A stretch of DNA of 64,000 bases from Alphaproteobacteria bacterium (GTDB lineage: Bacteria; Pseudomonadota; Alphaproteobacteria; CAAHEQ01; UBA3637): the NCBI GenBank assembly GCA_045614025.1, contig JAZLCE010000021.1, positions 887 to 64,886 of the forward strand. Direction: 5' to 3'. A program made the translations under genes and the position numbers. The first letter of the stretch is position 1. The number at the start of each line of letters is the position of its first letter. Below, one piece after another: positions 60,447 through 64,000 of the stretch. Below the pieces are notes generated by a model. It made no database searches, was not told where the DNA came from, and saw nothing but the letters and a program-made list of their open reading frames with translations.

Positions 60447-62603
60447 TTAAATCTGAGGTAATTTCAATGCTTTTCTCAAAGCATTTTCAATCATTATCGG
60501 ATCAACTGTTTGCTCTTCAAGTGGCGTTGTTCGATAATTTGCAACACTTTTTACTGTGCTAAAATACGTTGGATATTCGATAATAACTGTTTTTGTCATC
60601 TGTCTTGTCACAGAACCATCCTCATGATAAATCACTTGCATATTTGCAAATTTTTCTTCTCTTCGTTGTTCTTGAGAATAAGCATTTTCATTTGGACGAG
60701 AGATATCAATTTGATTTGGTTCATAAAGAGGAGATAAAACAGAACGTTTTTTTGGTTCATAAAGCGTTGGAGCTTGTTGTTCAATATAATCAGAATCTTG
60801 TTCAATTTTTTGTGTTTCTTGATCCTTTCTATCTTTTGCTTTTAAAGCTGCCAATTCTTTTTTCACGCTTTTTAATTCAGCCAATAACTCATTTTGAAGC
60901 TTAAATGCTTTTTGGGCAATTTCGCGTTCTCTAGCTAATAATTTTTTCTGTGTGGCCAAAATTTCTTGAGTTGCTTTACGTTCTGATTTCAACAAAAGTT
61001 TTTGTTCAGCTTCTAATAATTTAAGCGCAGCTTTTTGACGAATAATCACTTTATTCATATCTTCTTTTGTTTTTTCAAAATCAACACGCAATTGTTTAAT
61101 TTCAATCTCAAGTTTTTGATTTTTTTCTTTTTGAGATATTAATTCTTTTTTGGTGTTTGCTAAAATAACATCTTCAAAAACATCATCTAAAGAAGCTTTT
61201 GCTTCTTCAAACTCTAAATCAACCTTTTGATTGGAGGCAACTGAATTTTCTAAATCAGCTTTAGCTTCTTCATCAGCGATTTGTTTGGCATTTTCAAGAT
61301 GTTCAGTCACCAAATCCTCAGAAGTATTTTTTTGTTCATCCATTGTGTTTTTCACAAAATTATTTTTATTTTTTGACTCATCAACAGGATAAACAACTTC
61401 TTTTGATGTTTCAGAACTAACTTTTGGATCTTCTAAAACAGCGGGTGTTTCATCTGTTTTAAAAGCAGCTAAATTTTGAACAGGTTGCACCTTAATCAAA
61501 GAAATTTCGCTTGGTGCAAATAAACGCATCTGTGGACCCCATTGCCCTACTCCACGTGTAACATAAAGCATAGATCCATTTTTATGATATAATCCCGCTA
61601 AATAACCATTTGTTATTTTTGAAATGATATGGAATGGGAAAATTTGTCCACCATGCGTATGTGCAGAAATAACCAAGTCTGCCTCATTATTTTTTATTGC
61701 TCTAAATACTTGCGGACGATGAGCCATTAAAATTTTGTAGTCAGCAATTTTTGCACCTTGTAATGATTTGGCTATATCTTGAGTTGATGCACCAGCTGTT
61801 TTAAATTTTTCATCACTTACACCTGCTAAATAAACATTATTTTTAACAAAAACTCCTTCATTCACAAGGTAATGAATACCCGTCATCATAAAGGCAGTTT
61901 TTAACTGATCCGCATCAATATGGAACTCATGGTTACCAGAAACACAATACATTCCTTTAAATGCTCTAATCTTTTTCAATTCTTTTAAAATTGGTTCAAT
62001 AAAAAAGATATTATCATCAATTGTATCACCAGCGAATAAAACAATATCTGGTTCTAAAGCATTTACTTTTTCAACAATTTTTTTCACTTTTGAAAGACTT
62101 GTTGTTCTGCTTAAATGCATATCCCCTAATACAACAATATTAAGAGGAGCTTCAATTTTATTTGAAGGCAAAATCGTTTCCTTCACAACAGGTGTTTTTA
62201 ACCCAGAATATAAGCTAACAATAGATAAAATGAAAGCAATTCCTAGTAATAAATAATTTGTTCTTTTCAAAAATAACGGATTTTTCCATTGATATTTTCT
62301 TGGCAAAATATTTTTTGCCATTTCACGCACGCATAAGAAAAACCAAATAACATCTCTTACCAATATTAAACAGAAAAAAAGTGCCCCACAAATAAAAATG
62401 AAATAGGCACTGATATAAATAAATGTATAAATGGCACCAGAATAATCTGAAATTCTTTTAAGCAAAAATGGAATTGAAAATAAAAATAAAGAACCCAATA
62501 AAATCAATAATTTTTGTTTTAAAGAGTATGCGCCCTGACCGATCAAACGATAAGCCGTGTAAAGAGCCGCAACAAGACAAACAATTAAAATGGCTAAAAA
62601 CAT
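60447..62603 (-). CDS. Membrane-anchored calcineurin-like metallophosphoesterase with long coiled-coil C-terminal extension
   Basis: 718 aa. About 4-5 N-terminal TMs. VLGDMHL, AGDTID, SGNHE, SAHTHGGQ. Residues ~390-718 are acidic then heptad-like (KLEIEIKQLRVDFEKTKEDMNKV...ELAALKAKDRKDQE), with a distinct ~80-aa C-terminal module. Confidence 0.8.
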   Translation of the reverse strand: MFLAILIVCLVAALYTAYRLIGQGAYSLKQKLLILLGSLFLFSIPFLLKRISDYSGAIYTFIYISAYFIFICGALFFCLILVRDVIWFFLCVREMAKNILPRKYQWKNPLFLKRTNYLLLGIAFILSIVSLYSGLKTPVVKETILPSNKIEAPLNIVVLGDMHLSRTTSLSKVKKIVEKVNALEPDIVLFAGDTIDDNIFFIEPILKELKKIRAFKGMYCVSGNHEFHIDADQLKTAFMMTGIHYLVNEGVFVKNNVYLAGVSDEKFKTAGASTQDIAKSLQGAKIADYKILMAHRPQVFRAIKNNEADLVISAHTHGGQIFPFHIISKITNGYLAGLYHKNGSMLYVTRGVGQWGPQMRLFAPSEISLIKVQPVQNLAAFKTDETPAVLEDPKVSSETSKEVVYPVDESKNKNNFVKNTMDEQKNTSEDLVTEHLENAKQIADEEAKADLENSVASNQKVDLEFEEAKASLDDVFEDVILANTKKELISQKEKNQKLEIEIKQLRVDFEKTKEDMNKVIIRQKAALKLLEAEQKLLLKSERKATQEILATQKKLLAREREIAQKAFKLQNELLAELKSVKKELAALKAKDRKDQETQKIEQDSDYIEQQAPTLYEPKKRSVLSPLYEPNQIDISRPNENAYSQEQRREEKFANMQVIYHEDGSVTRQMTKTVIIEYPTYFSTVKSVANYRTTPLEEQTVDPIMIENALRKALKLPQI

Positions 62604-62715
62604 CTCTTCACTCCTTTTTTAAGTCATTCTTCAAAGGGAACTATACAATATTTTTTATCAAAAATAAAGTGTTTTTTTGCATATATAAAAAATAATAGAC
62701 AGAGCAAAAAACAAG

Positions 62716-62745
62716 TTGATTTTTAAAAATAAAAAATGATATATT
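62716..62745 (+). promoter_or_regulatory. Candidate sigma70 promoter for the alkaline phosphatase gene
   Basis: TTGATT (62716-62721), an 18-nt spacer ending in TGa, then TATATT (62740-62745). This favours the ATG at 62781 over the ATG at 62736. Confidence 0.35.
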
Positions 62746-62780
62746 CTTATTTTCAAATCACTATCAAAAAAAGGGGATTT

Positions 62781-63617
62781 ATGATGCGTTTTTTTCTTTT
62801 CTTATCTGTTTTTCTTTATATTTCAAATGCTTTTTCTCAAAACATCATCCTAATGATTGGCGATGGAATGGGAAAAAATCATATTAACTGCGTTCAAAAT
62901 AACACGCCATTATTTTTAAAAACACTCACTCCAAAAGGTGAAATCAAAACATATTCTGCAAATAATGAAGTCACCGATTCGGCTGCCAGCGCAACAGCAT
63001 ATTCTTGTGGCATTAAAACAAATAATGGTTATTTAGGATTAAATCCTCAAAAAGAAAAATGCGAAACATTAGCTGAAACAAGTTATGCTAAAGGATATAA
63101 TGTTTTTATCAGAACAACAGATAAAATCACAGGAGCAACCCCTTCTGCTTTTTATGCACATCAAGAATCGCGTCATCACACAAAAAATATCTTAAAGGAT
63201 TTAGAAAAAGCAAAAGAAACAATGGATATTAAAGCTGTTCAAAATATTGAAACAGAAACAAAAGAATTGTTAAGCACTTTACAAGCAAGCGAAAAACCCT
63301 TTTTTGTTATGATTGAAGAATCCGAAATTGATAAACAATCACACCTCAACCAATATCAAAAGATGAGCCAAGCCCTTGTTCGATTTGACAAAGCTATTGA
63401 ATCGGCCGTTCAATTTGCAAATAATCGAACAGATACAACCGTTATTATTGTAGCTGATCATGAAACTGGAGGGTTAACCCCTTCTTGTGAATATACAAAA
63501 AATAATCACACTGGTGAAAATGTTTTTTATTACATTGAAGGCAACCAGGGATCTTTAAATATCAACCCTCTTATTGAAAATACCGATATTCATCATTTGA
63601 TTAAAGAAATATTATAA
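62781..63617 (+). CDS. Compact alkaline phosphatase (PhoA superfamily), secreted
   Basis: 278 aa from the ATG at 62781, with AAGGGGA upstream. Signal peptide MMRFFLFLSVFLYISNAFS. IGDGMGKNH, VTDSAASATAY (nucleophile Ser), EIDKQSH, VADHETGG, NNHTGENV. Confidence 0.8.
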   Translation: MMRFFLFLSVFLYISNAFSQNIILMIGDGMGKNHINCVQNNTPLFLKTLTPKGEIKTYSANNEVTDSAASATAYSCGIKTNNGYLGLNPQKEKCETLAETSYAKGYNVFIRTTDKITGATPSAFYAHQESRHHTKNILKDLEKAKETMDIKAVQNIETETKELLSTLQASEKPFFVMIEESEIDKQSHLNQYQKMSQALVRFDKAIESAVQFANNRTDTTVIIVADHETGGLTPSCEYTKNNHTGENVFYYIEGNQGSLNINPLIENTDIHHLIKEIL

Positions 63618-63620
63618 AAT

Positions 63621-64000
63621 CTACAATAAAACCCATTTTTTTAAATAAATTTCGTCCGCAGAACCATCTGCAAACCAAATTTTTGGAGCAATGGTGATAT
63701 TGTTTTCATTTTTATTTAAAAAAGCACCCCACCATGAAAAACTTGAATTAGCAATAATGTTATGCTGGCATAAGCTCATTAACCACATATCCCATGGTGA
63801 CTTTTCATTTTTATTAATATCAACAATAAGATAAGGGTGATTTAGCTTTAAATTTTCTTTAATCCAATTTGAATCATCAGAAAACAAAAAGAAGAAGGGA
63901 TTTTCAACATGCTTTTCTATAAAATTTATAGCTCTTTGATAATAACTTAAATCACAAACGCCATGAAGATTTTTTAATGCTAAATAATCTCCTCTGCGAA
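63621..64000 (-). CDS. GT11-family alpha-1,2-fucosyltransferase (5' end outside window)
   Basis: The frame is open from the TAG at 63621 to the window edge. The translation reads RRGDYLALKNLHGVCDLSYYQRAINFIEKHVENPFFFLFSDDSNWIKENL...IIANSSFSWWGAFLN, matching GT11 motifs (RRGDY, FSDD, ANSTFSWWGAWL). The ORF-track start at 63887 is an internal TTG. Confidence 0.78.
   Translation of the reverse strand, partial: RRGDYLALKNLHGVCDLSYYQRAINFIEKHVENPFFFLFSDDSNWIKENLKLNHPYLIVDINKNEKSPWDMWLMSLCQHNIIANSSFSWWGAFLNKNENNITIAPKIWFADGSADEIYLKKWVLL

Overview
The window is an AT-rich chromosomal segment whose gene content and order look alphaproteobacterial. Supporting points are an alpha-type FtsL, hda next to an AI-2E permease, birA-rnj, a DUF721/DciA-like gene and a short ParE. 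The ankyrin protein, host-glycan-type glycosyltransferases and Lys-rich protein extensions suggest a host-associated or intracellular lifestyle; this is inference only.

I call about 58 protein genes and 2 tRNAs (Val-GAC, Thr-CGU). I saw no rRNA, CRISPR array, transposase, integrase or phage gene. Both window edges cut genes: the first ORF is open from base 1, and the last (GT11) ORF is open to base 64000.

Most of the window is housekeeping:
- a rearranged division/cell-wall cluster at 28.5-44.6 kb (rsmH-ftsL-ftsI-murE::murF-mraY-ftsW-murG-murC-murB-ddl-ftsQ-ftsA-ftsZ)
- ndk, lepB-rnc-era-recO, tgt, rnj-birA, sufE, dnaX, obg-rsfS, cca, parE, frr, pepA and hda

I do not see an obvious self-contained multi-gene novel system such as a defence island or secretion apparatus. 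The observations most worth follow-up are:
1. an orphan GT80 (PmST1-type) sialyltransferase homologue, plus a GT11 fucosyltransferase and a DxD glycosyltransferase scattered among core genes
2. a plus-strand islet at 18.7-21.8 kb holding an extended LOG-family protein, a transglutaminase-like protein with catalytic-residue substitutions, and a Gly/Ala/Ser/Asn-rich orphan behind a near-consensus promoter
3. an RND pump operon that ends in a prepilin-like gene and has no outer-membrane factor in the window
4. a MurE::MurF fusion whose linker is a 12-bp tandem duplication, in a dcw cluster lacking murD and mraZ
5. a 67-aa orphan behind a consensus extended -10 promoter next to tRNA-Thr

All family calls rest on motifs read by eye and on synteny. 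No database search was run. Hairpin and promoter coordinates are approximate.
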